Shown: positions 23,041 through 35,889, numbered from the stretch's first letter. The stretch is DNA of 64,000 nt from Blastocladiella emersonii ATCC 22665 (GCA_025594325.1 JANHCV010000018.1:62001-126000); one strand, 5' to 3'. Notes: a model not told the origin generated them from the letters alone. Numbers and translations: made by a program.

Positions 23041-24807
23041 CTATCGAGCTCTTCAACCGCCGGTGGGGCGTGCCGGGCTGTCCGACGTGGCTGGTACGCG
23101 CGCGAGCTTTTTGCGAGGCGGGATTATGTCGAGGGAGAAGGGTTCGGGCGGTGATAAAGCAGGAGAAACGCGAGCTCCGCCGTAGCGGAGCACTCGGGAC
23201 GCTGGTGAAGGGAGCGTAGAGTGAAACGGCGCCATGCGAGCCCTAGGATAGCGGAGAGCGTGACGCGAGCCGCGGGCAGTGGGAAAAAGCGAGAATGGAA
23301 CTCGCACACCGCGATGAGGGGGACACGAGAAAGGCGTGGGTGCGGCGCGGCGAGCGACATGGATGTGAGCAGCGCGGGTGAGCGGTCCGCGGCCGACCAC
23401 GTAGCGCGCGAGTCTGCGGGCCGGTCGTTGCGTGTGAGTTCCATAGCGGGTCGATACATCCAGATTGTCGCTGAGAGCCGTCGGCGGCAGCGCGGGGCGA
23501 CGGGGGAACAAGTCGAGCCCGGCTCGGCGAAACGAGCGCACGGGCTAGGCCAGCCCACGTGAAGCAGCTGTCGCAGAACTCGGACGCGTCGGCGTGGCGC
23601 GTCGCGTAGGTCACGCACGAGGCCCGCCGCGAGAAGTGTGCCGCCGACGGGTCGACGCTCGATTGCGATCGGATTACCATGCCGCAAACGTGAAAGAAGT
23701 CGCCGCGGCGCCGCACCACGGGCAACACGACGTAAAACTGCAATGGAAAGTTCTCGCGGCATGACGGTGAGCCGCCGCGCCGTGGCGCTCCCGGGGATGA
23801 CGAAGACGTTGCCGCAAGTGTCGGTCGGCGTGCTGGAGTGCGAGGAGAGTACGTCGGCGGTCGGACGGGCGACGGTCAGCGGGTGCGGGCGGTGATCAAA
23901 TGGAGCGAGCGAGCGTGAGACCCGACGGGCGCCAGGCGGGCGGCGGCGCGCGCGACGCGGTTTCACACGCCGAGACATCACGCATGCGATCACCCGGCGT
24001 TTGGAACTAAGCCCGCCCACACGACCGAGGCATCGCCGCCCGCTCGGTGCATCGCTGTCGGCGCGTCGGCGGTAGCGGCGGGCGCCGCGTCAGCCCCACG
24101 GTTGCGCCGCGCGACCACCGACCCAGCCCGGCCGCGCGCACCCGGCGTCGCCCGCGGGCGTCGTTGCATCGGGTTTCCATCCGTGTTCGTCGACTCTGCC
24201 GCCCGCCGCGCGCGCATTGCAGCGTGTGTCGGGGGGAAAGCGGGCGGGAATACGAGAGCGGAGCGAGCCGTGGCGCAGCGCGCGCTGCCTGCCCGCGAGC
24301 GACCGACCAGCGCCCCCGTGACCGCCGCGCACTTCCGCCTCCACCTCCCCTTCTCACCCTCGTCTCGGAACCAGACCCGCGCGCCCGCCCCGCCCGACCT
24401 GCCACCTCTCGGCCGCGCGGGCGCTCAGCCGCCGCCGCCGTCACTCCTGTCGGCGCGTGCGTGTCTCGCGCCCGCCGTGTCTCGCACGCGCCGCGACGCG
24501 TCGACCACTGTCTCCCCCTCGGCCCCAGGCCCGGCGCTGCACATCGAATATGCGCGCCGTCTAGCACGGTGCAACCGCCGCCCGCCGCCCGCGGGCCGGC
24601 TGCCCCGCTGCCCCCGCTGCCCCCGCTGCCCCTGCTGCCCCGCTGCCCGCACCCCCTCCGCCCGAGATCGCCGCGCTGCGCTGCCCCCTCGACGCTTTCC
24701 TCAAACCAAAAACCCGTGCGATCCGTTGCATACGAACCATCGAATCATCTGAATCGCGCACCCAATCCCCGTCCGACTGCGCACCCTCCGCGCCGTCAAC
24801 CCCCACC

Positions 24808-27800
24808 ATGTGGTCCCGCAGCGACCCGATCCGCCAGATGCTGGCGATCGCGCTCGCCATGGGCGCATTCATGGTGCTCGCCGTCGGCTCGGCCCTCGGC
24901 CTGCCCATCGCGGCCGCCATGTCCGCCGTGAGCGCTGCCGCCTCGGCCCCGACGTCCCCCGCCCGCCACTCGGCTGCCGCCCCCGTCTCGGTTTCCTTCT
25001 ATTCGTCCGCGAACGCGTCGGCGCTCGTCTCGTCCAACTCGTCGTCCACGCTCGGCATGTGCCGCATCGCGGACAGGCCCTCGCTCGGCTCGTACACGTC
25101 CCACCCGCTCGGCTCGTACACGCCGCACGCCTCGGCGTGGCCGTGGACGTGGATCTCGGACCTCGCCGTCGTCATGCCCGAGACCCGGAACGAGAACACG
25201 CTCTGGCTCGTCGTCAAGGCGCGCGCGCTCTACCACGAGTACGCGCCGTCGGCGGCCGTCGCCCTCAACGCGACCGCTCCCGGCGAGGTCGACGACGCCA
25301 AGTCGACCGGCCCCGTCGACCACCTGCCCGAGGTCGCCGCCGACGTCACCGAGCTGGCCGAGCAGACCAAGTCCGAGACCGAGATTGAGATCCCCGTCAT
25401 CGACCAGGCCGTGACCAACGACACGACCGACGTGGTCGTCGCCACCGCAGCCGCCGCCGAGGCGTCCTCGCCCGCGGCCGTGCAGCCGCACGAGCAGCTC
25501 GACCAGCAGCAGCCCGACCAGCAGCAGCCCGACCAGCAGCTGAAACCGGCGGTCCTGACCACCTCGGACCTGCCCCGCAAACTCGACTCCGTGTCCACGC
25601 TCGACGCGGCGCGCGTCGCGCAGTTCATGGACATGGTCGCCGCCATTCCGCACGGCGCGTGCGTCGGCCGCGAGTTCTCGCTCACGGGCATGGCCATCGC
25701 GGCCGTCATCAACCCGGTCCAGACCGAGCCCGAGCCTGAGCCCGTCATTGTCATCCAGCGCGTCCCGTCGCGCGCGTACATCGGCGGCCAATCGACCGTC
25801 AACGGTAACGCCGACGACATCTCGTTCCTCACGGTGCCGCCCCCGCCGCCCATGGGAGCCGCGCGCGACCTCGCCAAGCTGGCCATGATGCGGGCCCCCG
25901 AGGCCACCTCGGCACCCGGCTCGCCGTACGAGGACGGCGACCGTCCCGTCGACATTGCCACCTCCAGCAACAGCGACGACTCGATGGCCGCGCCGCCGAC
26001 GGCGCAGAAAAAGGAGCAGGAGCAGGAGCACCAGCAGCCGCCCGTCCTGTCGCTCGCCGCCGACCTCGTTGACTTCGTCGACCTCACCCAGATCGGCCAC
26101 CTCCTCGAGCCCATCCACTCGGTCTTGTGCGCCCTGATCGCCCACGTCGCTCCGGCACGGCTTTCGGTCCCGCCCACCTTCCTCGGGATCGTTGGGATCA
26201 TGGCGCTCGCCGTCGGATCCGTCGCCAAGCGCGCCGGCTGCAGCCTGCTGCCGCCCGTCATGCGCTCCGCCGCCGCCGCCCGCCTCGTCGCCGCCGGCCG
26301 TACGATCGCCGAGACGCGTTTCTGCAAGCGGTACGCTTTCTGGTCTCCCGGATTCGGGGGAACCCGTTGCTGACTCTTGGATCTCTATAGCATTCTGGCC
26401 GCGCTGTTTATCATCCCCGGCTCGGTCATCACGATCCTCGCCGCCATGGTCGTTTGCCCTGCTCAGCTCGCGTACCTCGCGGGCAAGCGCGTCGTCGCCT
26501 CCATGTTCTCGCGCCTGATCGCCGGCAAGTACGCCGCGACCTCGCTGATGCACTTGGTTTGCTCATCGGCGCGCGAGACGCGCGCCCGCGTGGCCCTCAC
26601 GGTCGTGTCCGCGAGCCCCCGCATCCACATGGCCGTCGACATCATTGCCCCGCTCGTCTACCTCGGGTGCGGCACGCTCGCCGCCGAGCACCTGTCGCCC
26701 GTCGACCAGCTGTCCGTTTACGTGGCCATCCTCGAGCTGATCTCCGTCTACCACGTCGCGACCGAGGACCGCGTCCAGCCCGCCGTGTCGGTGCCGGAGC
26801 TGGAGCTGGTGCCCGAGATGGAGGAGGCCAAGATGCAGGCGTCGGAGATGCAGGCGTCCATGAAGAAGAAGCAGGCGTACGAGAAGAAGAAGGCGCGCAA
26901 GGCGCGCAACGCGCTCAAGGCCCGCGAGGCCCGCGAGGCGCTCAAGGCGTCCGCCGAGACCAAGTCGTCGTCCATCCTCGCCGATGCCATCCAGGAGCAG
27001 CAGCCCGAGGCCACCCCCGACGCCGTCGACATCCAGCAGCAGCAGCAGCAGCAGCAGCCCGAGGCCACGCCCGACGCCGTCAACATCCAGCAGCAGCAGC
27101 AGCAGCAGCAGCCCGAGGCCACGCCCGACGCCGTCAACATCCAGCAGCAGCAGCAGCAGCAGCCCGAGGCCACGCCCGCCGCCGTCAAGATCCAGCAGCA
27201 AGTCGAGCAGCCCGAGGCCGACGTGACCGACGCCGCCGACTCGCAGTCCGAGACCCAGGTCCAGGCCGTGCTCTCCAAGGAGAAGCTGCAGGTGGCGGAC
27301 GCTGCCGTGCCCGGCAAGCACCGCGTGCCGTACACCAAGTGCGAAATGCGCGAGTACACTCGCACGATCCGCCAGGCGTACCAGCTGCCCAAGTTCCCCT
27401 TCGCCGGCCGCAATGCCAGCGCGCTGGTAGGCGCGTACAAAGTGGTCCAAAAGGCCGGGACCCACCACCTGTATCCTTTGGTCCCGCCGCCGCCCGCCGT
27501 TGTGCCGCCGCCCGACACGCGCCTGCGCATGGACCACGCGTCCAAGGATCTCGAGTTCGTCGCGCGGCTCATGTCCGAGGAGCTCACGCTGTTCCGCGAC
27601 AGCATCCCGAACTGCGATGAGCGCGCCATCTACGTGCCTGTACCCAAGCCGCAGCAGCAGCAGCAGCAGCAGCCCACGACGGTCGGCGCGTCGAGCAACC
27701 CGGTGGCCGCCTCCAAGACCCCGGACTGGACCACGATGATGGACGACGACGACGACGACGCCGAGTCCTCGGAGCTGGTGCAAGACGCGGCGCCCTATGC

Positions 27801-28269
27801 GGCCGCGCCCGAGTCGACGCCCGAGTCGACGCCCGACTGCGAGCCCGTCACGCTGAACGAGTACCCGACGCTCATGACGCTCGACACGGGCAACCCCGAG
27901 CCCCTCATCATCGCGTCGCGCCGCTTCTTGCCGTGGATGACCATGTCCGCGTTCGGCATGGTCAACATCTCGCGACGCAACACGGACGTGGCCAACTCGA
28001 TCTTCGCGCGCAAGGCCAACGCGTACGGCGACAAGATTCCCACGCCATGGAAGTCGTTCGATGAGTTCGGGGTGCGCAAGTTCCCGAGCTCCACCCTGTG
28101 GGACGACGCGCTGCCCGAGGACCGCGACGACCGCGAGGACGAGGAGGAGGAGATCACGATTCCCGAGGAGGACCTCGAGGGGCCGTTCTGCTTCAAGACG
28201 AGCAAGCGCGACCGGCGCAACATGCGCAAGTTCCGCGAGTCCAACCCGGAATACGTGTACCAGTGGTAG
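24808..28269 (+). CDS. Orphan membrane protein with polyQ tandem repeats, 1133 aa, 2 exons (arm copy 1)
   Basis: ORFs 24808-26373 and 26377-28269 join in frame via a 60-bp intron at 26331-26390 (GTACGC...CTGAC...TAG; AAG CG|C ATT). Hydrophobic N-terminal and central segments, K/A-rich helix, repeats of Q(n)PEATPDAV(N/D)I. Confidence 0.75.
27001..27200 (+). repeat. Coding minisatellite with embedded (CAG)n tracts
   Basis: Four units of cagcccgaggccac(g/c)cccg(a/c)cgccgtc(g/a)a(c/g)atc followed by CAG runs of differing length. Confidence 0.9.
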
Positions 28270-29244
28270 TCGGTCCTTGGTCCTCGGACCATCCTCATCA
28301 TCTTCACCTCTTCATCCTCGTCTTTGCCTCCCTCCTCTCGTCTGTTTGGACTTTTTGCGTGTGTGTCGTCGTCGCGTACCCGACTCTCTTTGATCGTGTG
28401 CTCGACTCGCCATCGCGACCCTTTCCTGTTCTCGTACGTTGCCCGCTCTTGACTGCCGCGTCCCGAGGCCCCCAAGGCTCACTCACTTTTGCTCGCCGGC
28501 CGTGTAGTAAAACGACAAAATCCTCCCGATATCCTCTCTGGTGTCGGCCAAAAAACACGCACCCGTAAACCCCGAAAGTACAAAAAAAAAGGAGACGTTC
28601 AACTAGGCGCTCGAGCGCGCCTCATCTACGGCCCGTGGATACGCGTGTACACGCGCATCCGCCGCCGTCACGGCCCCCTCGCGCTGTGTGGCCTCGCTCT
28701 CGCGGCCGCGCTGTTCGCGGTCTAGGCCGAAGGTCAAGGTCCCGCAGACGGCGGGCGGCTCCGGCCAGCTCCGCATGGCTCGACCTCCCCGGCGGCAGCG
28801 GCCATGACCACGCGCAAGCTCGTCGTCGTTTCGGCGGCTCAACGTCCGGTTCCGGTTCCGGCACCGCGCGCGCGTGGTCCTGCGCGATCGCGCACACTCG
28901 TCGCCCATCGCACGCCACCAGCGCTGGCGCAGATTGGCCCGCTCACCCGCTCATCATCGACGGCGCCGCTGCTACGGCCATGGCGCCCAGCGCCGCTACG
29001 GCGCCGACCACGACGGCGGCGGCCTAGGACGATTACCACCTGCTCGCTGCCTCGGCAGCGTCGGCCCTTACCCGCTACACGAACGACTCGCGCGTCATCA
29101 CCGCCATCATCGGACGCACGCCAAGATTGCCTCGTCCTGATCGAGTCGTCGTCGCAGCACCCTGCACCGAGCGCATCTCGCGCACACACACGCGCGCGCT
29201 CGCCGTCCTGCCCGCTCGTACGGCGACGCGCCGGCCGACCAGCC

Positions 29245-31665
29245 GGCCAACCTCACGTCCACGACCCACTGGTACGGACGGCATCGGTGCATTGCCCCAC
29301 TCGCTCCCGCGGCCTCGACCCCCGTACATCCGTACTTTTGTGGGGTCGGGCGAGAGCGGCGGACCCGTGGACGCCGCCAAAGCTCTCGGAGTGGCCCCGA
29401 ACGTCATACGTTCATCTGCACCAATGCCGATCCAGTGGGAAGGTTGTCGTCGATCTCGCGCGCGTCATTCAGCCCCGAGCATGCCGTCGACTTTGTCGAT
29501 CCTCGCCGCCACGCCCAACTACGGCGGCACGCTCGCGCTCGCGCTCTCGGCCAGGTCAACTGACAGCCGCGACCACGAGGGATCGTCTCGCAGCTCATGT
29601 GCCGCATCGACGGCCCCCGCGCCACGCGTACGCCGGGTTCGCGCACCGCCGGTACTACCAGTACCAGCCCCTCGAGTCGCGACCCGCGCCACACCACACC
29701 AAGATCCAGCACGCGCCCGGCGCCCGTCCATCGAGCTCCATGGTCCCGCGCGCTGGCGTCTTCATCACCACCACTGTCGTACCTTTGACCGACATTCCCG
29801 TCGTTGTCATCTGCCGGTTGCGCCCCTTTGTGCGTTCCCGATCTCGTTCATTTCTTTGATTTTGCTCGTTCACGGTCTCGGTACGGATCTCGGGCTGCTG
29901 CTCACCTTGATGGACACGACCACGACCACGGCCAACTGACTCGGTTCGTCGTCTTGCCCGTGTAGAGTGCATTCCGTGCCTCGAATGCCCATGTGTTCTT
30001 CTTTGGAATTTTGGCTCGACTGCGGCCGCACCCAGCTCCTGTACGTCGTCGTACTACGGCAGCCGGGCTGATCCGCCAGCGTCGCGGCGCGCTTTCGCGT
30101 CGTCTCATGCACTTCGGGACCACGCGCTTGCGCCACGACCAACCATTGCTTTCGGTCAACCTCCTGCTCAGCCTGACCCGGGCGAGCCCCCGCGCCGACT
30201 CGCAGCCCAGTACCGCCGCGAGTCCGGCGCTTCTCGCCAGCACGACCCAAGGCCGGGATCACTCTCGTCCACGCTTCATTGACAAGGACGGCATCGGCCC
30301 ACAGCGCTCGCACCGCTCTACTACTTACTACTTCTCGATCGCCCCGCATGCTCACTTCCGCGGGACCTGATGACGATCGCGAGGCGCAGCAGCCGTGGAC
30401 GCTGACTGCCCCTCGGAGCGCGAGCACCGCCCAGATCCAGCACCTGTGCCCGATGCCAAGCCAATGGGGAGTACTTCTTCCTGCTTTGTCGTGTATCCGC
30501 GCGCTTTTCTCAAGGCGCCGGCATCTGCTTCTTCACGTTTTCGTTCACGTACACGTACACGTACACGTACACGTACACGTTCATGTCGATTGCGACCGCG
30601 GGTGTCTCGCGACTCGTAGACCCGCCCATTGGTACGGCTCGCTGACTTGATGCGTCGATGGCCGCAGCTGACCAACCGACCTCGCTTCCATGACTGTAGT
30701 TCTTTCTTTGCTGAGTGCGTCATTGACGTACTCCAGTTCTCGCTCGCTCGCTCGGCGAGACCCGCGCCCAGTATATGCGCGCACACTACGACGACGGCCA
30801 TGGCCACGGTCGCGTCTTTCTCAAGACCCGTCGTCCTGCAGCCACGACGACGACGACGACGACGACCTGTCGCCTCGCGGCCATGACCATCCACAACCTC
30901 GCCACCGCCACCGCGACCTTGCTCGCGACCTCGTCACCTGGTCCCTCGGCCAGTCGCAGTACCAGGAGCAGCTCGCGCGGCTCTCGTCCATCAAGATTCT
31001 CGCGTCGACGTCACACAGCATTACGTCACGCTCGAGATAGATCACTTCCTTCCCGCCCGCTGCAGCTGTACTCGTGCACTTCTTCTCGAGTCAGCCGGCC
31101 CACGCGGTGCGCTACCGTCGGCCTGCGAGCACGGCCTTCCTGCTCGCCGCTCCGACCGTCAAGTCAAGTCCAGTCAAGTCAAGCTCGACTCGATTGCGAT
31201 TTCCAGCACCTCGAGCGCGCGCGTACACGCACGCACACACACACGTCCGGGTCCGACGGTTTCCGAGCGAGGCCACGCCCATGTCAATGGATGGCGAGAG
31301 GTGGGAAACGGCGTCGTCGGCCATGCTTGTGCTCCCAAGCCAGCACGCGACACCTGTTTCCTTCCCGCACCTCTCCGCCGTCCTGGCCTCGCACGGCTTC
31401 TCGTCTCTGCTCCTCATGACCCGCCTGTCCGCCCGCGCGCGCGCGCTGGCGTGCCCGACCAGCAGATCCGCGTGGACTGAGCGAGCCGTGCGCGCGACGC
31501 ACTCGATCACTCGCGTCGCCGCCCTCGACCGCTCGCTCGGCCCCGATCCTCACGCAGCAGCTCGACCGACAACTCGCTCCAGTTATCGAGCTCGAGTTCG
31601 TCCAGCAGCTGTACGCGGTTCAGCTCGTCACGATTAGCTACGACGCCTCCGAGATCCGCGCCCGT
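29245..31665 (+). repeat. Degenerate intron-containing dispersed repeat, copy 2 (inside left arm)
   Basis: Homologous to 12738-14780; contains an (ACACGT)n microsatellite at about 30547-30580 and a (GAC)n tract. Confidence 0.85.
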
Positions 31666-34147
31666 CGTGCCCCCGCCTCGAGCCCGCCGCGCCGCGCAAC
31701 CCAAGCTCCTACCGCGCGGCGCCTGCGGGTTCCATCGCCACCACCACCGCGGCGACTACGGCGACGACGACGACGATGATGACAGGCAATCCCCGACGAG
31801 CACGACCCCAACATGCTCGTTCGCGCGTGTTCGCCTGCTCGCTCTCGTCGCCCGGCACGACACCGGTATCCTCGGCCGTCTTTTGATTCCCGAGCAGCAG
31901 CACCCCCGCGTCCACTCAGGACCCCCCGCGCGTCCGCCGCCACCGCGGCTGCCAGACTGCAGCCGCGGGTCCATCGGCCGCCGGCGCGCCCGCGGGTACT
32001 GCTCCTCGCTGGCTTCCACCGACCATCCCGACCCTTTCAGCCCGCCATCTGCGCGCGCGCGACCCTGCAGTCGACTGACGCCGCCGCCGCCGCCCTCGTG
32101 CTCCGACCGCGGCGGCGCGCTGCTCGGCTCGGTCCGCGCCCAAGGTAGGCGTGGCTGATAAACCTACTACGACTACTCGATTTCTTCCGGCCTCGACCGC
32201 TGAGTCGTGTGCCGAGGACGAAGACGGAGGTGCCCTGCACGCCCATAAGGTCCGTCACGCTGCGTCTCGCTTCGCCACCCGCGGAACGAGTCGTGCACCG
32301 CTGCGTTTCGCTTCGCCATGTCTCTGCGTAGCGATTCGTCGGCCTCCCCGCGGCACATCCTGGTCGGCGCGCGCACCGGGTCGGGTCGCGCGCTGTGTAC
32401 CGCCATTGTGCTGCGGGCTCTGCGGCCCCCCTTTGCAGGCGGGGGCCCAACCCAGCTGCCGCGCATCACGTACGTTTCTCGCATCGCTTGACGGTCTCAG
32501 TCTCTCTCTCGCGTGTGTGTACTGATACTGACAGACCTCGTTCGCGTACTCTCCATCGTGTAGTCAGTGCGCGGCTCCTGGCCCGTACGGCTCGTTTTCG
32601 CGGCTCCGAGAGCCTCGAGCCGGGCGGATGCCTCGCGTCCACCACTTCAAGTCAGTTTGCGGGCGGTCTGCGCGCATCGCCACCGGTCGGGATGCGCGCT
32701 GCGATCGCCGCTGACACGCGGGATGATGATGATGATCAACACATTGTAGTAGCCGTTCGGTATCGTTCGCTTCGGCGCACGCATGCGACCCCGTTCCACG
32801 TTCCACCGTGCTGGGGGTACGCCGTCGCCGTCGACAGGTCCTCTGCGCAGAATCCGGCCACTCAGCTGAGTGTGCCAGGGCCGGCGTAGAGCCGCCTTTC
32901 ACCCTGCGTGATTGGCCGCCTACGAACCGAGACCCGCGGAGAACCGGTTCGACCGGCTGGGGAGTCGGGCAGACGCAGTCCGCGGATCGCACTGTCCCGA
33001 TCGTCACCAGGAGACACCGTTTCTGCTGCAGCTGCGCAGCCGGTGTCTCGCGGCCTCGGCCCGCGTCCCCGTGAGCCCGTCGGCCGTGATCGGGTTGATG
33101 CCGCCCGAGTACTTCAGGCGCAGCGACCAAGCTCTCGACATGTACGTCTCTTTCTCGCCTCGTCGTCGCGCGACGAATCCATGGGCTGACTTGCTCGTTT
33201 TCCGACGTGCGTGTAGGCTCGGTCGGGGTCGCCAGCAGCAGCAGCAGCAGCAGCAGCAACCAGCATCCGGTTTCGACCTCAGCTACTCGCGCGCGGTTCT
33301 TCAGCCTGGTCCCGATCCCGCGCCTCGATTCCGGTGCAGCCCATCAGGTCCTTTGGCGCAACGTACGCTCCTCTTCGTTCCTCGTCGCCTCGACCATTGT
33401 ACTGACTGATCGGTTCGCTCCGACGTGTAGATGTGCGCCACGGCATCATCACGATCAACTCGCCGCCACCCGGTCCCAAGGCGCCCGCGTCTCGCGCGAC
33501 GCGCTGTTCGGCCTCGACTCGACTCGACTCGACGGCGACTCGGCGGTCCAGGAGACCTAGAGCACCTCCCGGAACCAGCCTTCCGGACGTCCGCCCGGCG
33601 TCCATCGACCAAGATTGACCGACACGGTTTGACGCGCGCGGGAGCACGCGCGGAGTGGTCGTTCCTCATGTCGGTCGGTCGAGTCTGTACTGTACCCCTA
33701 GTTTGTTGTAGGCATAGATCCAGTTTTGATTGTATCACTACGCTCTCATGGACCGCGCCAACGAGTCCGTCCTTGTCAAGGCTTCAGCGGCTCGGTTCCT
33801 CTTGACGACGCGTCTCACGGAGCCGCGTTGCGCCATTCACGTTCATGTGAATCGACGACTCTCCGGTGTGGTCAGCAACGAGGCCAGTATTCATTCATCA
33901 AGCATCAAGCATCAAGCAGCGTTCCCGAGAGATCAGCTCCAGGATCATCAGCGGGCTCTCTCCCTCAGCGAGGGCTGCGTTCGGTCGCGCAGCGCCACTC
34001 ACCTGATGCCCGCTGCTGGGCGCCGCCACGAAAGCCGCCGCCGCCACCAAGGCCACACACTCCGAAGCCGAAGGCCGCGCACTCCGAAGGCCGATGGCCC
34101 GCGAAGGTTTCGGCGGCGGTGGTGCGAGCTCCGCATCGTCACGCTAG

Positions 34148-35448
34148 ATGTATCATCCAATGCAGCGAAACACGATCACCACCGCTATGCCACTCCCTGC
34201 CCCGCGGCCGCCCAAGGTCGTCGCCGCCAGCGAGCTCACGCCCGAGCTCTTTGCCCGGTTCCGCAACCGCCGCCCGCTGCTGATCAAGCGCTTCCTCCCG
34301 GCGGCGGCGCTCGCGGCCTGGACGGGGCCCGACCTGTACGGCGCGCCCGAGCGCTCTGGACTCGTACGGCACCTGCTCCCGTTCGGCGCGAGCGGTGCTG
34401 GCAGCGGCGAGGACGGCGAGGACGGCGAGCGGGCCCCGCCGGCGCAGACCGTCTCCGTCGAGGTGCTCCGTGCGCGCGACGGGCGATCCTTTGTCGACGA
34501 CGACCGGTTCACCTCCCGCGAGTCCGTGGACACGCGCGAGCTCGTCGGGCACGTCCTGCTGCGCCAAGCACCTCCCGCCACTGCTGCTGTGACCGGGACC
34601 GGGAACGGGACCGTGACCGTGACCGCGACCGAGACCGAGCGGGGCGGCAGCGAGCATCGCCGCATGTACTACCGCGCCGTGGTCCCGGAACCGCTCCGCG
34701 ACTCGCTGCAGATCGAGGCGCTGCTGCGGCCCAGCTGCCTCACGGTCCCCGACCAGGACCGGATCAACCCGGCGCTCGTCAAGGCGTGGGTCTCGTCGCC
34801 CGGATGCGTCACGCCGTACGACGACTTTTTCTCCCCCACTGCGTTTGGCCGGCCACCCTTCAGTGGGCCCAGCCTAGCCTAGCCTGCCTGCGACCGGCCC
34901 ACTAACAGCGTGCTGACGCGACGATCGCTGCCCCCTGCAACCCTGGAACTAACCACACTGACCACACTGACACCGACAGGCTGCACTACGACCGGTGCCA
35001 CGGGTTCCTGCTCCAGATCATCGGGGCCAAGTACTTCATGCAGTTTGACGCCGAGGACACGGGCAACCTGTACCTGTCCAACTCGCCGAGCCTGCCGTCG
35101 CACGTCAGCCGCGTCCCAAACGTGACGCAGCTGTACGGCATCAGCGCGCGGACGGGCGAGCGCACGGCCGCCTTCACAAACAGCGACCGCGCCAACGGTG
35201 GCGACGGCCACGACGGGACCGCCGAGGCGGTGGCGTGGACGCTGGCCAAGTTCCCGCGGGTGCGCGAGGCCGAGCCGTTCGGCACGCTGCTCGAGCCGGG
35301 CGACGCGCTGTACACGCCGCCCGGGTGGCTGCACGAGGTCACGTCCGTGTCGGGCAGCGTGTCCGTGACGATCCCGTGGGACCAGTCGGACGACGAGTAC
35401 GCCCACATCAAGCCGTACATGACGCCCGCCGCCGCCCTGTCCTCCTAG
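34148..35448 (+). CDS. JmjC-domain (cupin_8; JMJD5/TYW5/HSPBAP1-type) 2-oxoglutarate/Fe(II) oxygenase (arm copy 1)
   Basis: Intron 34816-34979 joins WVSSPGCVTP to LHYDRCHGFLLQIIGAKYF. Downstream LEPGDALYTPPGWLHEV completes the HxD...H iron-binding triad. N-terminal RRPLLIK...W motif present. Confidence 0.88.
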
Positions 35449-35645
35449 CAGCTGCAGTCTAGTCTGCTTGGCCTCACCCCTACTCAATAGAGAACCGCCG
35501 TCGTTGTGGTTGATCAACGTCTTGTTCGCGCTCTTCAGGGTTCGGTTGCGGCGCGGCGGTGCGGCTGGCCCTCCGTGGTGAGCGAACTGAACTGAACTCT
35601 CGTACGCGCGTCGTTCTCGCTCTCATCTGCCGTTCGTCATCCGTA

Positions 35646-35889
35646 GAACCTTCTCATGCCACTCGTGCAGCTGGCGGTGCGCGACCGCATTGCGCACAGC
35701 GAACCCGTCGCGCTCCTCATGCAGCGCGGCACTGCGTTCCAGCACGAGGTGGCCGAGCTGATCAAGTCGGCCGGCGCGGATGCCGGGCTCAGCAGCGGAG
35801 GCGCGGGCTCGGTGTCGCCGGCGCGGCTCGGGTCTGGCCGAGCAACGGGTCGGGTCGGCGACGGCGAGTACGCTGGCGCGCTGCTCTGA
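35646..35889 (+). CDS. Putative terminal exon of unknown gene (possibly an alternative 3' end of the JmjC gene), straddling the inner arm boundary
   Basis: Follows an intron-like segment ending CCGTAG at 35646. Reads NLLMPLVQLAVRDRIAHSEPVALLMQRGTAFQHEVAELIK... with coding-type codon bias and ends convergent to the IPK gene. Confidence 0.45.

Larger units (their letters stand above)
23411..35666. repeat. Left arm of a 12,256-bp inverted repeat
   Basis: Reverse complement of 49757-62012. All paired ORFs have coordinates summing to 85423 and identical translations except one V/I change. Boundaries were read at nucleotide level. Confidence 0.98.

Noticed and set aside
27001-27200. CRISPR-like repeat-spacer array
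   Set aside because: Units are in-frame coding repeats with CAG tracts and no unique spacers, in a eukaryotic context.
34940-34979. Triple branch-point-like repeat (ctaaccacactgaccacactgacacc) in the JmjC intron
   Set aside because: Most simply a small tandem duplication within an intron; no evidence of function.
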